Source: Promethearchaeota archaeon Loki_b32 (lineage in GTDB: Archaea > Asgardarchaeota > Lokiarchaeia > Sigyniarchaeales > SOKP01). From it: a stretch of DNA of 64,000 bases. Position numbers and translations under genes: made by a program. The DNA lies in NCBI GenBank assembly GCA_005223125.1, contig NJBH01000001.1:128001-192000 (forward strand). The letters run 5' to 3'. The notes under the pieces are model-generated. The model worked only from the letters and a program-made list of their open reading frames with translations. It was not told the DNA's origin and did not search any database. Of this stretch, positions 37,244-47,919 are shown in pieces; the first letter of the stretch is position 1, and each line of letters starts with the position of its first letter.

Positions 37244-38680
37244 TTATTCTTCTTCTTTTTCTTCCTTCACTTCTTCTAAAGGTTCTTCTTTAGGCTCTTC
37301 AGTATCTACTCCTTTAGATTCTTCCATAAGTTCCTCTTTAGGCACTTCAGAAACTTCTTCTTTAGTTTTTTCTATTGGTTCTAGTTCTGGTTTAGTACCT
37401 ACTGGAGTTTCGCATACAGGACAACGACTCCATCCAGGTCTTAAGCTATATCCACATTTAACACATCCTTTCATGCTTTCATCTTCTTTCCATTCTGGTA
37501 TATCTAAGCCTCCCTGTCTTTTACGGGTTAATTTTTGTAATTCATCCTCAGTCCAAACCTCCATTCCTTCAGGTATTCCAGATCCACGTTCTGCAGCAAA
37601 TTTACTTAACTCTTCTTCCGACCAAGTTGGCGTATCTGGCTGAGTAGTCATACGTTTTTGTGCTTCTTCAGCTAACTCTTCAGCAGTCCATATTTTGAGT
37701 TCTTGTCCTCCTGGTGTTCTTACCGCACCAGGCTGCTGAGGAGCCATTTGTACAGGAGCATGAGGTTGTTGGGAGGGTACATTGCAACATTCAGCAGAAA
37801 ATCTTAAAAGAGCTTCAAAACATCTTGAGAATTTATTGGGATCCTTACCTTCGTCTGTGACTAATACTAAAGTGGTTTTATCAGCGACTTGGGGAAATGC
37901 TATGCTACAAACAGCGATATCTGAAGATAATCGATCTGATTCGATGCCAGTAGTAATTCTTTCCATTGAATTCATCAATTCATTATCTTTTATTAAGAAA
38001 TCACAAATTGGATCACCATGTCTTTGATACCCTTCATGATATTTGGCGAGATGGTTTTTTGTTATTGCAGAATCGAAGGAATTTATAATGGCACTTACGT
38101 AGGAAAATATTTGAGATTTTGGCATTTTCTGAGATTCATCGAGTTTGTAGCCTCCCAAGTCAAGAGTTCCCATAATTGGGGCAAATAGAGGTTGTTCACC
38201 TTTCATTTTCCCAAAGATCATTGAACGTGAAAGTACACATTTAATTTCTCCATAAAAAGCAATAGCATTATCTAACACCTCTAATTTTTTATCAAAAGTT
38301 ATACGAGGGACCGTTCGAAATAAGATATCAACCCAAGGCATCTCTTTTACAGGGATGATTACAACACAAGTTTTTTCAATTAATTCTCGTAGTTTTTTGG
38401 TATAATTCTTCAATTCTTTTTTAATATCTTCGTATTCTTCATTTTGTAATTCTTCATTTGCACTGTTTTCAAGTTCTTTGAATTTTTCATCATTTACTTT
38501 TAGATTCCCTCCAAAGGATTTAATTTCCCCTATGATGTTATCTTTCATAATAGATGTTGCACTTTCAATCATTTTCTTCTGAAAATCAGTAAGTTCATGT
38601 TCTTCACCTGAAACTAAATAATCAGCAAGATCGAATTCTAATTTATTAATAAAAACTTGAAACAATTTCTGTTCTGACAA
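37244..38680 (-). CDS. Hypothetical protein with W[TS]x[ED]EL repeats, zinc ribbon and acidic tail
   Basis: WTAEEL, WSEEEL, WTEDEL, WKEDE; CVKCG..CPVC; Glu-rich C-terminus. Confidence 0.65.
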   Translation of the reverse strand: MSEQKLFQVFINKLEFDLADYLVSGEEHELTDFQKKMIESATSIMKDNIIGEIKSFGGNLKVNDEKFKELENSANEELQNEEYEDIKKELKNYTKKLRELIEKTCVVIIPVKEMPWVDILFRTVPRITFDKKLEVLDNAIAFYGEIKCVLSRSMIFGKMKGEQPLFAPIMGTLDLGGYKLDESQKMPKSQIFSYVSAIINSFDSAITKNHLAKYHEGYQRHGDPICDFLIKDNELMNSMERITTGIESDRLSSDIAVCSIAFPQVADKTTLVLVTDEGKDPNKFSRCFEALLRFSAECCNVPSQQPHAPVQMAPQQPGAVRTPGGQELKIWTAEELAEEAQKRMTTQPDTPTWSEEELSKFAAERGSGIPEGMEVWTEDELQKLTRKRQGGLDIPEWKEDESMKGCVKCGYSLRPGWSRCPVCETPVGTKPELEPIEKTKEEVSEVPKEELMEESKGVDTEEPKEEPLEEVKEEKEEE

Positions 38681-38841
38681 TTGCTTTCCCTTCTTTTCCT
38701 TAATATTTTTGAATCATAAATATTTATAAATATAGCAACTGAATGAATATAAAAATTTATTTGAATTAAATTGGAATTATTGGAAATATGTAATAAATAG
38801 TTTTCATTTTTTATTGAATAAATTAAAGCTTATTTAAAATT

Positions 38842-39105
38842 ATGAATGAATCTGAGAATCGTGTAAAGAATTTTGATAAAAATATAACAGTATGTTTTAT
38901 ATCTCCAGAAAGCAATGAAGAAGGAAAAAAATATCCTTTTCATTTTCCTTTCCATACTTTAGATAATATTATACTCTCACCACATAGAGGATATTCACCA
39001 TTTAATGATTTATTAAGATGGAATGAAGTGATTGAAAATATAACTTGGTTGGCTCAGAGACGTACGGATTTTATTAATGTAGTAAACTTGGATGAAGAAT
39101 ATTGA
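38842..39105 (+). pseudogene. Remnant of a D-isomer 2-hydroxyacid dehydrogenase
   Basis: FPFHTLDNIILSPHRG and NVVNLDEEY match the family C-terminus; no Rossmann motif in 87 aa. Confidence 0.65.
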
Positions 39106-39579
39106 AAAAACTAAGTTTAATTACTAACTAATCTAATTACTCGAAGGTAAAGCAATAAGGTCTTATTTTATTTGATATTTGTTTAAATGATTGATTATTT
39201 AATTTGACAATCTGTTTAGGATTATTTAAAGAAATAAAAAATTTTTATTGAATTTCAAGTTTTTTTCAAATTATTTTAACTTAAGTTTGAACTTGAATAA
39301 AAAATTTTTAACCAATTTTTATATAAATCAAAAGCACTGAAATGTCATTAAATTTGATGTGTAGAGCAGTGTTTTAAAAATTAATGCATTAATAACCAAT
39401 TTGGAATATTTAAGAGATGACAAAATAGTATTTCTTTAAATATATTAATCCAATAAAAATAAACATTTATATATTAATGTGTAATAAAATAACTTGTAAA
39501 AAAATTTGTGGTTTAAGGCGATAGTTTTTAAAAGAGCTTTAGTCATTTTGCCGCTTTTTGAAATAGGCAAATCTAAGTA

Positions 39580-39888
39580 ATGGTATGGTGTGATAATATG
39601 AAAATAGTAACTGTCAATATTCCTGAATCCTTTCTCGATAGTATTGAAAAATTAGTGGGGAATAATGGGCTATATCCATCTAGATCCGAGTTAATTCGGG
39701 TAGCTGTAAGAGACTTCTTAATTCGAGAATTAAAGATGGCCGACAATATGGCTAAATATAAAGAGACTGAAATTGAAGATTTTGATGATGAGAATTATGT
39801 AAGAGTACCAATTGAACGTTTAAATGAGAAAGATGAGCCTGTTCGCGAGTTTAAAACATATAAGATTATTAAGCGATTAGAATATTAA
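39580..39888 (+). CDS. CopG/ribbon-helix-helix transcriptional regulator
   Basis: MKIVTVNIPESFLDSIEKLV..GLYPSRSELIRVAVRDFL; true start likely ATG 39598. Confidence 0.9.
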   Translation: MVWCDNMKIVTVNIPESFLDSIEKLVGNNGLYPSRSELIRVAVRDFLIRELKMADNMAKYKETEIEDFDDENYVRVPIERLNEKDEPVREFKTYKIIKRLEY

Positions 39889-39929
39889 GAAATTTTCAAA
39901 AACAGCATATATAAGATTTAGCAGAAGTT

Positions 39930-39967
39930 GGTTAGAAAAAGGTTTTACCTTTTTTTTTTTTTTAACC
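39930..39967 (+). terminator. Hairpin plus long oligo-T terminator-like element
   Basis: AAAAAGG-tttta-CCTTTTT followed by a T-run, flanked by GGTTA/TAACC, about 40 nt after the RHH gene stop. Confidence 0.45.
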
Positions 39968-40110
39968 TTTCAATAAACCGTACGTTTACTCACTGGAGTA
40001 AAAATTAAATAGCATTGAAATAATATTTATAAAATCTATGGTAAAATAGACTAGAGGTAATTTTTATTTCTGACGAAAATGAAAGTTTAAATCATTATAG
40101 CCCTAAATTT

Positions 40111-41349
40111 ATGGAATGGGGGATAATAACTAAAGACAATTTTAAGGATAAAACTTCATATGATGTCCCAATAAAAAGGTGGGACCCATTATCAACAGTG
40201 AGTATACATACTGATGATTTTGGTCTTCGAAAAGGGCGTAAAAGATATTATGGACATTACTCTTACATTTCACCAATTAGGAGTAAAAGACCAAAAGGAT
40301 TTAAGACTAGTGAGGAGGAAAAACAATTTCTGGATTGCTCAAAAAAAATTATGAGTAAATACAAAGATGTTTTCAGTTCTGTAACAGAGGGTAAGATTGC
40401 TTATGATGATTGGGGGATTTCTCTTAGTGATGGCTTTACGTTGATCATTACTCAAGATGAAATGAGGCGAGATAATCCATTTTCAGAAACACCACATCGA
40501 ATAGAAAGAATTCCAGACGCTTGCAAGGCTCTAACTCTAATAAATCGGTATCCTTCAATGGCTCGGATTATAGATCCAGATATAAATGAACATATAGTAA
40601 AAGCTCTTCCTTCTCATTTAAAACTTTCACGAGGAATTAATTTAGTAACGATTTCTCGAGAATTTTATCCTTCTTTGTGTTTCAATTTAATTCCAGAAGA
40701 TGTGTTAGCAGGAATATTTCTTTCAATGAGAACATCAATCCTATATTGTATTGAGGAAGCTATAAATAGAGATTACTACGATATTCCTGTAATGCCATTT
40801 TTTAATATAGGAACGAAAGTTGGGGGTTCTCAACCAAGAATACATAGTCAAATTTATATAGATCTAAATATGGATGGTCATGGAAGTAGATTGGAGGGTT
40901 ATCTTGAAGCATTTAAAGAAATGGGAAATAAATGTCATCTTTGCAAAACAACTCATGGTGGCTCTGATCGAATAATATTGGAAACCGAATTCTGGACATT
41001 TTACAATACAGGAAGTCCTGTAAGAAATTATCACATAAGATTTCATCCAAATGAACATATACGAAGATTTGCCCAGTTAAAAGTCAATCAAATTGAAGAT
41101 TTAGCCATATCATTAAAAATGATTTTTCAAGCATTAGATGACTTAGGAATTGATAAAAACCGTAATATTCTATTTAATTGCTGTCCATATGGCTATGATG
41201 CTGATTTCCATATGTTTGCTGATATTATTCCACATGAGGTAATTGGTGGTGCTGAAATGGCTGATGATATGCGAGTTGCTAGAAAATTACCTCACATTGC
41301 AGCTAAAGAAATTAGAAATTCATTAGAAAAATACTTAACATTAAGGTAA
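40111..41349 (+). CDS. GalT/HIT-superfamily sugar-1-phosphate nucleotidyltransferase
   Basis: RSKRP, NRYP, FFNIG..GGSQPRIHSQ, CHLC, FHM. Confidence 0.75.
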   Translation: MEWGIITKDNFKDKTSYDVPIKRWDPLSTVSIHTDDFGLRKGRKRYYGHYSYISPIRSKRPKGFKTSEEEKQFLDCSKKIMSKYKDVFSSVTEGKIAYDDWGISLSDGFTLIITQDEMRRDNPFSETPHRIERIPDACKALTLINRYPSMARIIDPDINEHIVKALPSHLKLSRGINLVTISREFYPSLCFNLIPEDVLAGIFLSMRTSILYCIEEAINRDYYDIPVMPFFNIGTKVGGSQPRIHSQIYIDLNMDGHGSRLEGYLEAFKEMGNKCHLCKTTHGGSDRIILETEFWTFYNTGSPVRNYHIRFHPNEHIRRFAQLKVNQIEDLAISLKMIFQALDDLGIDKNRNILFNCCPYGYDADFHMFADIIPHEVIGGAEMADDMRVARKLPHIAAKEIRNSLEKYLTLR

Positions 41350-41528
41350 TTTATTTAATCTTACAAGTTCGAGCATACTTTTAATTCTTGATAATTAACT
41401 AAAAATATCCAAGCTTAATTATAACCTAGTTTTGGTTTCAATAGATAAGTTTTAAATTTCAATTAAAATTAAATTTAAATCTATTAAATTTATTATAATA
41501 AATGAAAATTTTGTAAGAGATTTAAAAA

Positions 41529-42677
41529 TTGAGAGAATGGTCTGCGATTATCTTAGCAGGTGGTAAGGGTAAAAGATTAATGCCTTTGACTTCTTTAATT
41601 CCGAAACCACTTGTAAAGGTTACAAATGTTCCTATGGTTGATTACGCAATATCTCATTTAGTGTATGCTAACATAAAGCATATAATATTAGCATTAGCAT
41701 ACATGGGAAAGGAAATGAAAGATCATATCAAAAAGACATGGACTCCAGACAAATTGGGTGATGTACAGTTAGAATGTGAAGTTCAAGATAGCAGAGGGAC
41801 TGCTGATGCTTATAGGCTCTTAACTGACCATTTAGATTCTGAAAAGATAGTTGTATCAATGGCAGACATTGTAACAAACCTTCCAATGAAGCGTTTCATG
41901 GATTTCCACTCTGAAAAGGGGGGAATAGCAACAATTTCAATGAAAACTGTTGAAAGTCACATTTCTCAATATGGAGTTGTATTATTAGATAAAAATCGAA
42001 AAATTTATCTTTTCTTAGAAAAACCTGCTCCAATGGAATTATATTTAAGCAGTATAGCTCAAAGAGAAGATCTATTTTTACATACCAATATTATTAATAC
42101 AGGTATTTACTGTTTTCGAAAAGAGATTGGAAATATCCTTCATGATACGGGATTAATGGATTTTGGTAGTGAAGTTTTTCCGTATCTTCTTGAAAACACA
42201 TTTAATCTATACGGTTTTGTTGAAAATTATTATTGGATGGATGCAGGAAATTCTACTACTTATTTATGGGCAAATTGGGATTTATTACGGAAATATGTTT
42301 GGCCAATTTTACCTAATGGGGTTGATTATGACGGTATTTATGTAATGGGAATTTTAAACTCAGGGCAAAATATAAGAATCGATAAACCAACTTGTTTTGG
42401 AGAATTTGTTAAGTTGGAGAACAGAGTTAAAATCAAGGAGTTAACCTCAATAGGCCAAAATGTTACAATCGGAGAAGATACTTCAATTGAGAAGAGTGTT
42501 ATATGGGATGAGATTAAAATTGGTGCGGGCTGTATAATAACGGAGAGTATAATATGTAATAATTGTGAAATTGGAGATAATGTAGTTTTGGAAAAAGCGA
42601 TAATCGCTCCAAATTGTAAAATTAGCAGTAATTCACAAATTCGTGATCGAACATTAGAGCTTGGACAAGAGATATAA
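41529..42677 (+). CDS. NDP-sugar pyrophosphorylase (mannose-1-phosphate guanylyltransferase-like) with left-handed beta-helix
   Basis: LAGGKGKRLMPLT..PKPL, GTADA, FLEKP, INTGIY, YWMDAG, hexapeptide repeats. Confidence 0.9.
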   Translation: MREWSAIILAGGKGKRLMPLTSLIPKPLVKVTNVPMVDYAISHLVYANIKHIILALAYMGKEMKDHIKKTWTPDKLGDVQLECEVQDSRGTADAYRLLTDHLDSEKIVVSMADIVTNLPMKRFMDFHSEKGGIATISMKTVESHISQYGVVLLDKNRKIYLFLEKPAPMELYLSSIAQREDLFLHTNIINTGIYCFRKEIGNILHDTGLMDFGSEVFPYLLENTFNLYGFVENYYWMDAGNSTTYLWANWDLLRKYVWPILPNGVDYDGIYVMGILNSGQNIRIDKPTCFGEFVKLENRVKIKELTSIGQNVTIGEDTSIEKSVIWDEIKIGAGCIITESIICNNCEIGDNVVLEKAIIAPNCKISSNSQIRDRTLELGQEI

Positions 42678-42789
42678 TGTGAATTTGTTAATGTTTATCA
42701 GTAATCTTCGATACACTCAATAAATATTATTGAAATATATTTAAAAAAATGTAAAATTTATATTGAGGATATTCATAAATTAAATTATT

Positions 42790-43236
42790 ATGAGTTCATT
42801 TTGTACAAATTGCGGTCGTGATCTAGAGGAGTCTTGGAAAATATGTCCAGACTGCGGGAAAATTTTGGGGGAAGGAACTGTCCCACAAACTCATCCAACG
42901 ACACAACCACAAATACGATTAACAACTCAGCCAACACCACAACCTCATCGCGTCCAGCCTTACCAATATAAGTATGCTAAAGTAGCAGGAGAAAATAAAC
43001 TTGGAACAGCTAGTTTAGTGTGTGGTATATTAGGTCTTATTTTTGGTTTTACTTTTACTTTTAGGATATTAGGTTTTCCGGTTCTAAGAGTAGCAGCAAT
43101 AATATTAGGGGGAGTAGGAATAAGTAAGGATGATAATAGATCTATGGCAATAGCAGGATTAGTTTTAGGTATTATAGGTCTTGTTATATTCTTCATTGGT
43201 GGTGTTCCAGGGTTGTTTAATTGGTATTATTGGTGA
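42790..43236 (+). CDS. Zinc-ribbon plus DUF4190-like membrane protein
   Basis: CTNCG..CPDCG, P/Q/T linker, ASLVCGILG and MAIAGLVLGIIG TM helices. Confidence 0.75.
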   Translation: MSSFCTNCGRDLEESWKICPDCGKILGEGTVPQTHPTTQPQIRLTTQPTPQPHRVQPYQYKYAKVAGENKLGTASLVCGILGLIFGFTFTFRILGFPVLRVAAIILGGVGISKDDNRSMAIAGLVLGIIGLVIFFIGGVPGLFNWYYW

Positions 43237-43378
43237 TTGGGTAATATTAAGTGAGAGTTGTAAGAATTGATCTAAAAATGAAGATCACAGATAAGTAATT
43301 GCTCAATTTCTCTCTCATCTAATATTGAATTAATGATTTAATAATTTTAATAAATATTAGAAAGAAAATGAAAAAAAA

Positions 43379-44254
43379 TTATTTTATGTAAAAATGTAAG
43401 AATTCAGGCTTTGATTTATTTAAAATTCCTTTTTTTGGCACTTTTCTTTTAGTGGAAGCCTTTTCTATATTAGTAACGGTTAATTTAATTTTTAAATCTT
43501 CAGCTAAATTGCCGAGTTTATTAGCTGTTGCCGAAATTTCTTCCATAGAGGCCGTTTGTTGTTCTGCTGATGCGTTTATTCCTTCCATAGAACTGAATGA
43601 ATTATTAATTTTATTAACTACATCGGTAATGTCTTTATTTGTTTCAAAAACAGCCATTTTTGATTCTTCTGCTAATTTTCGGACTTCATCTGCAACAACC
43701 GCAAAACCTCTACCTTGTTCACCTGCCCTACCTGCTTCAATACTGGCATTTAAAGCTAATAAATTTGTTTGATCCGCAATATTGGTAATAAGTCCTATAA
43801 CATTTCGTATATTATTAGTAGCGTTTATAGCCTCTTGCGTCTCCGCCGTTATGATTTGAGTAGATGTTGCGATTTCTTCTGAAGCAGCATTCACTTCACT
43901 GGCACTTGCAGCCAATTCAGTAGCCATATTTGAAACATGTATAGATGCTTCCGAACTATCTTTTAATATAGTAGATATCTTCAATTCTTGTCTCTGGAAT
44001 AACCTGAGTAAATAGTAAATAGCGAAAACAACATAAGAAAACGAAGATAAAATCATTATCATTCTAGGGATTGAATCATCAAATATTCTATAGGCAAACG
44101 CAGTACAGGCAATTGTAATTGTTGTGGATAACAAAATATGCACTAAAATTTTAAAGCCTATCGAATTTTTTGTTAATTTGAATTTCCTTTGAAAAAATAT
44201 AAATGCACTCCCAATGACAATTATTATTACTACGAAAATTGTTCCAGTAGACAT
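43379..44254 (-). CDS. Methyl-accepting chemotaxis (MCP signalling) domain membrane protein
   Basis: [38 protein letters not shown] hairpin; three N-terminal TM helices. Confidence 0.9.
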   Translation of the reverse strand: MSTGTIFVVIIIVIGSAFIFFQRKFKLTKNSIGFKILVHILLSTTITIACTAFAYRIFDDSIPRMIMILSSFSYVVFAIYYLLRLFQRQELKISTILKDSSEASIHVSNMATELAASASEVNAASEEIATSTQIITAETQEAINATNNIRNVIGLITNIADQTNLLALNASIEAGRAGEQGRGFAVVADEVRKLAEESKMAVFETNKDITDVVNKINNSFSSMEGINASAEQQTASMEEISATANKLGNLAEDLKIKLTVTNIEKASTKRKVPKKGILNKSKPEFLHFYIK

Positions 44255-44454
44255 TGAACCTGCTTGAAAAATAATATTTTCCCCCCTAAGATATTCTTTT
44301 GTGTTTTTTTATGAATAATAACACAAATCTTATTTAAATTTACAGTTTACGATCATTGTTACACTGATTGAAGAGATAATTAAAAAATAAAAATATACAA
44401 GAAGTTGTAATATATACAATTCTATAATGGTATAACTATTAATTGAAATAACAT

Positions 44455-44512
44455 TTACTTTTTGGCAAAAGGTTCAAGATCTAAAGCTTCAAATAATCCA
44501 TCATTAGCTTCA
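44455..44512 (-). repeat. 58-bp duplicate of the 3' end of the GH57 branching enzyme gene (46026-46083)
   Basis: 55/58 identical; both encode EANDGLFEALDLEPFAKK*; the 3 differences are synonymous. Confidence 0.9.
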
Positions 44513-44525
44513 CTGATAAGTAGTA

Positions 44526-45929
44526 TCAAAGCCTATGATAAAGATATCTATCATAAGTTACATATTCCACCTTTCCCGTCTTAGAATCTCTATGAAACTT
44601 AACTTTCTGAAGAGATGAAGGAATTGTAGAAAATAATTGGAATGTTAATTCATCAAAATCTTCAATAATAAGAGGAAAATTAAAAACTCCATCATCAGTT
44701 TCGACCTTAAGATGAATGGACCAGTTTTTAAAACTTATATCTAATTTATACAAACCTAGGGATGATTTATAGCTTCCGGCGATTTTTTCATAAACTTCTA
44801 AAAGTTTTATTCTCTCGTTAATTTTTTCAGGATCTTTACCAACCATTATTGTTAAAGCACAAATTCCAATTATTCCACAAATACCGCTATCATCATTTTC
44901 TGCAACACTCACCGCAATATTTAACTCAGGAATTAAACCAAAAAATGATGTACTCACCCCCAACCCTCCACCATGATGAATAAGTGTATGATTAAGAAAA
45001 TCTTCTTCCCGAATCCAACCAAGACAGTATTTCGGATCTTTACCATAGCCATATGGAGATTTAATTCTAGGAGTCCAGAGTAATTCTATAGAGTCTGATT
45101 TTATTATTTGATTGTTCTTGAAAACACCTTTTTGTAATAAACATGTAGCATAATTTACCATTTCATGCATAGAGGTATATATACCTCCTGGAGCCTGAAG
45201 ATATTTGGAAAAGGGTAACTTTGGTTTATCAAATTCCAATTTCTCTTCTGAACCTTTATGAATATAGCCAGTAATATAATCTTGTAATGGATCCTTTTCA
45301 AGTTGCTCTCGATTGACAGTAGCACGGGTCATTTCTAAAGGTTTTAATATATCTTCACTTAAAACTTCCTCAAAAGATTTTCCTGTTATCTTTTCTATAA
45401 TCATTCCTAGAAGTGTGAACATATCATTATTATAAAAAAATTTCTCGCCAGGCTTAAAGAAGATTTCATTTTTAGTTTCTGAGATATGAAACATGTAATC
45501 ATCAAGGGAAGATATCGGATATATACGTTGATAGTTGCCATAAGTAATCGCAATTGGGAGCCACTGTGCATCAACTGAAGGTATCCCGCTGCTATGTGAT
45601 AAGAGATGGATGATGTGAATATCAGGATTGCTTAAAAAGGGCTCAGAGTCTAAATACTTATTAACAGGATCGTCTAATTTCAATAAGCCTTTCTCACATA
45701 ACTTTAGTATTAAAAGGGCAGTAAAGGATTTCGAAATACTACCGATCCCAATTAATGAATTAGGTGTCATTGGAAGATTCTCCTCGAGGTTACGGGCACC
45801 AAATCCCTTCTCATAAACGATTTTTCCATTATGTAAAATACTAATTGCTAATCCTGGGACCTTTAATTTCCGCATTAATTTTGCAATTATTTTATGGAGT
45901 TGTTCGAATTGATCATTCATTCTAATCAA
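44526..45929 (-). CDS. Serine hydrolase, beta-lactamase/AmpC-like family
   Basis: GSISK (SxxK), LLSHSSG, FFYNN (YxN), HGGG. Confidence 0.9.
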   Translation of the reverse strand: MIRMNDQFEQLHKIIAKLMRKLKVPGLAISILHNGKIVYEKGFGARNLEENLPMTPNSLIGIGSISKSFTALLILKLCEKGLLKLDDPVNKYLDSEPFLSNPDIHIIHLLSHSSGIPSVDAQWLPIAITYGNYQRIYPISSLDDYMFHISETKNEIFFKPGEKFFYNNDMFTLLGMIIEKITGKSFEEVLSEDILKPLEMTRATVNREQLEKDPLQDYITGYIHKGSEEKLEFDKPKLPFSKYLQAPGGIYTSMHEMVNYATCLLQKGVFKNNQIIKSDSIELLWTPRIKSPYGYGKDPKYCLGWIREEDFLNHTLIHHGGGLGVSTSFFGLIPELNIAVSVAENDDSGICGIIGICALTIMVGKDPEKINERIKLLEVYEKIAGSYKSSLGLYKLDISFKNWSIHLKVETDDGVFNFPLIIEDFDELTFQLFSTIPSSLQKVKFHRDSKTGKVEYVTYDRYLYHRL

Positions 45930-46025
45930 TAATTTTGATATTTTTGCTTATTTAAACTCTCAAACATTATTAACTTTATTATTTGAAAAATTAAAATAGT
46001 TTTTAGAAAGAAAATAAAAAAAGAA

Positions 46026-47738
46026 TTATTTCTTGGCAAAAGGCTCAAGATCTAAAGCTTCAAATAATCCATCATTAGCTTCAATAGTACCCAAAAAGTG
46101 CCATTCACCCTCATCGACATTCTGTCCCGAACCGTACTTTGAAGCCATATTATACAGCCTGTTGAAGTTTTCATAGTGCAATGCAATTCTATTCTCAGCG
46201 TAATCCCTTGCTGACCAAGTTGTAATTAGAAATTGCCAATCACTACTCTCCAATAATAAAAGTTCTCGTGCCATTTGTTTGAGAATTTTGATTAAATTAG
46301 GATCATGAGATTCCTTATATTTTGCAATGATTTCTTCGCTTTTAGCCTCGCATTCATATATTCTCTCCCACGTCCAGGTTGTCCACTCGTTCAACCACAC
46401 CCAGTGAGAGGATGCTTGCCCCCACGACCCCTCAATCACCGAGACTATCTTATTTGGGGGATTTGCTTCAAGATATAACCTTGTGTTAGTCAGTTCGATC
46501 TCAGGATCATCTTCCATCCACCGGAGTACCCTAGCTATCCACCAATTTCCCTCGAACCACCAATGTCCAAATAATTCTGCGTCGTAAGGAGCTACAACAA
46601 TTCCATTTCGCCCATTTTTATCTTTATAATCTCTTAGGATATCTTTTACTAGGTTTACATAATGACCCGCATTTTCATCCAATTTTCCTGGTATATCTTC
46701 AGGCCAGTATAGCATTTTTTTCCCAAGATCGAGCTTTGGGCTTGTAACGCGCCAGTATCGTAAGCCACCAGGGTAATGTTTCTTGTGGAAATCTAAATAC
46801 TCTGCGCAACCAGGGTATCCATGTTCTCCACTCCATACCACAATTCCTGTTTTTTCATCTCTTGTAAAAAATCCAACAGGTCCAGGAGTGCTGGGATCAG
46901 TTGATACTAAATATGGTTCATATTGAGATTTTTCAAAAGAAGTAGGGATTTCTTCATATTGAGATTCAAATTGCTTCCAGAGTTCAGCAAGCAAAGGAAA
47001 TCGAGCTGCATAAACTCCTTGAGATTTTCCTCCCAACAATAAAGCAGTATCAATAAAAAAATACTTCAAACCATTTTTAGCAAGAAAGTATTCCACACCG
47101 GGTCTTTCAAATTCTTCCTCCGTTATAGGGTTTTTCCATCGATATCCAGGACGATATCCACATTCAGGTAACCAGGCGCCCGTAGGAGCTCTTCCAAAAT
47201 GTCTTTTATAATTATCAACTGCAGTTTTATATTGGGCATCGATTGATGTATCTTTAGAAAGTAATGGAGCATATCCATGAGTTGCCCCACATGTGATAAT
47301 ATCAATAAGTCCCCTATCTTGAAGGTTTTTAAATGCCCCTACGATGTCTTTATTGTATCTATGAACAAAATTATCTCTAACTCGGTCATAGAACTCCTGC
47401 CACCATTTAGTTAATTTGATTCGCCCGTCCTTATATTTATTTTCTGTAAAATCTTCAAAATCATATAAAGCAGCATTATATTTTTCTTCTAGATAACCTA
47501 AAAAGTTATCTATAAATCTAGGGTGACGAAGCATCTCACATAAAACAGGTGTAAGACCAATGGTAAGTTTTGGATGATATCCATCGTCTATTAGTTTATA
47601 TAATTCTATTAAAAGGGGAATATATGTCTCAGCAGCAGCTTCATTAACCCAATCCATACCATGGGGCCAAATTCCATGGCCTATTACCCATGGGAGGTGA
47701 CTGTGCAAAACTAAACAATAATTACCGATTTCACTCAT
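46026..47738 (-). CDS. GH57 1,4-alpha-glucan branching enzyme
   Basis: LHSHLP, ETYIPL, ATHGY, WLPECGY, YDAELFGHWWFEG, ESSDWQF. Confidence 0.92.
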   Translation of the reverse strand: MSEIGNYCLVLHSHLPWVIGHGIWPHGMDWVNEAAAETYIPLLIELYKLIDDGYHPKLTIGLTPVLCEMLRHPRFIDNFLGYLEEKYNAALYDFEDFTENKYKDGRIKLTKWWQEFYDRVRDNFVHRYNKDIVGAFKNLQDRGLIDIITCGATHGYAPLLSKDTSIDAQYKTAVDNYKRHFGRAPTGAWLPECGYRPGYRWKNPITEEEFERPGVEYFLAKNGLKYFFIDTALLLGGKSQGVYAARFPLLAELWKQFESQYEEIPTSFEKSQYEPYLVSTDPSTPGPVGFFTRDEKTGIVVWSGEHGYPGCAEYLDFHKKHYPGGLRYWRVTSPKLDLGKKMLYWPEDIPGKLDENAGHYVNLVKDILRDYKDKNGRNGIVVAPYDAELFGHWWFEGNWWIARVLRWMEDDPEIELTNTRLYLEANPPNKIVSVIEGSWGQASSHWVWLNEWTTWTWERIYECEAKSEEIIAKYKESHDPNLIKILKQMARELLLLESSDWQFLITTWSARDYAENRIALHYENFNRLYNMASKYGSGQNVDEGEWHFLGTIEANDGLFEALDLEPFAKK

Positions 47739-47919
47739 TTTTTAAATTTACTCTTTTGTTTAAATAAAGGAAATCTGTTAATTTATAATAAATTTTCATA
47801 TCTTAAATAGTGAGAAGATTAAAAAAATAATTTAAAAAAGATAAAGTTATATAGTTTTATTTAGCTTTTTATCATATATAATTTCCAATTGAAACGAGAT
47901 TTTGAAAAAGTAGTTTTTA

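Noticed and set aside
44526-45929. Antibiotic-resistance beta-lactamase
   Set aside because: SxxK/YxN/HGG motifs are shared by many esterases and peptidases of this fold; nothing indicates beta-lactam specificity.
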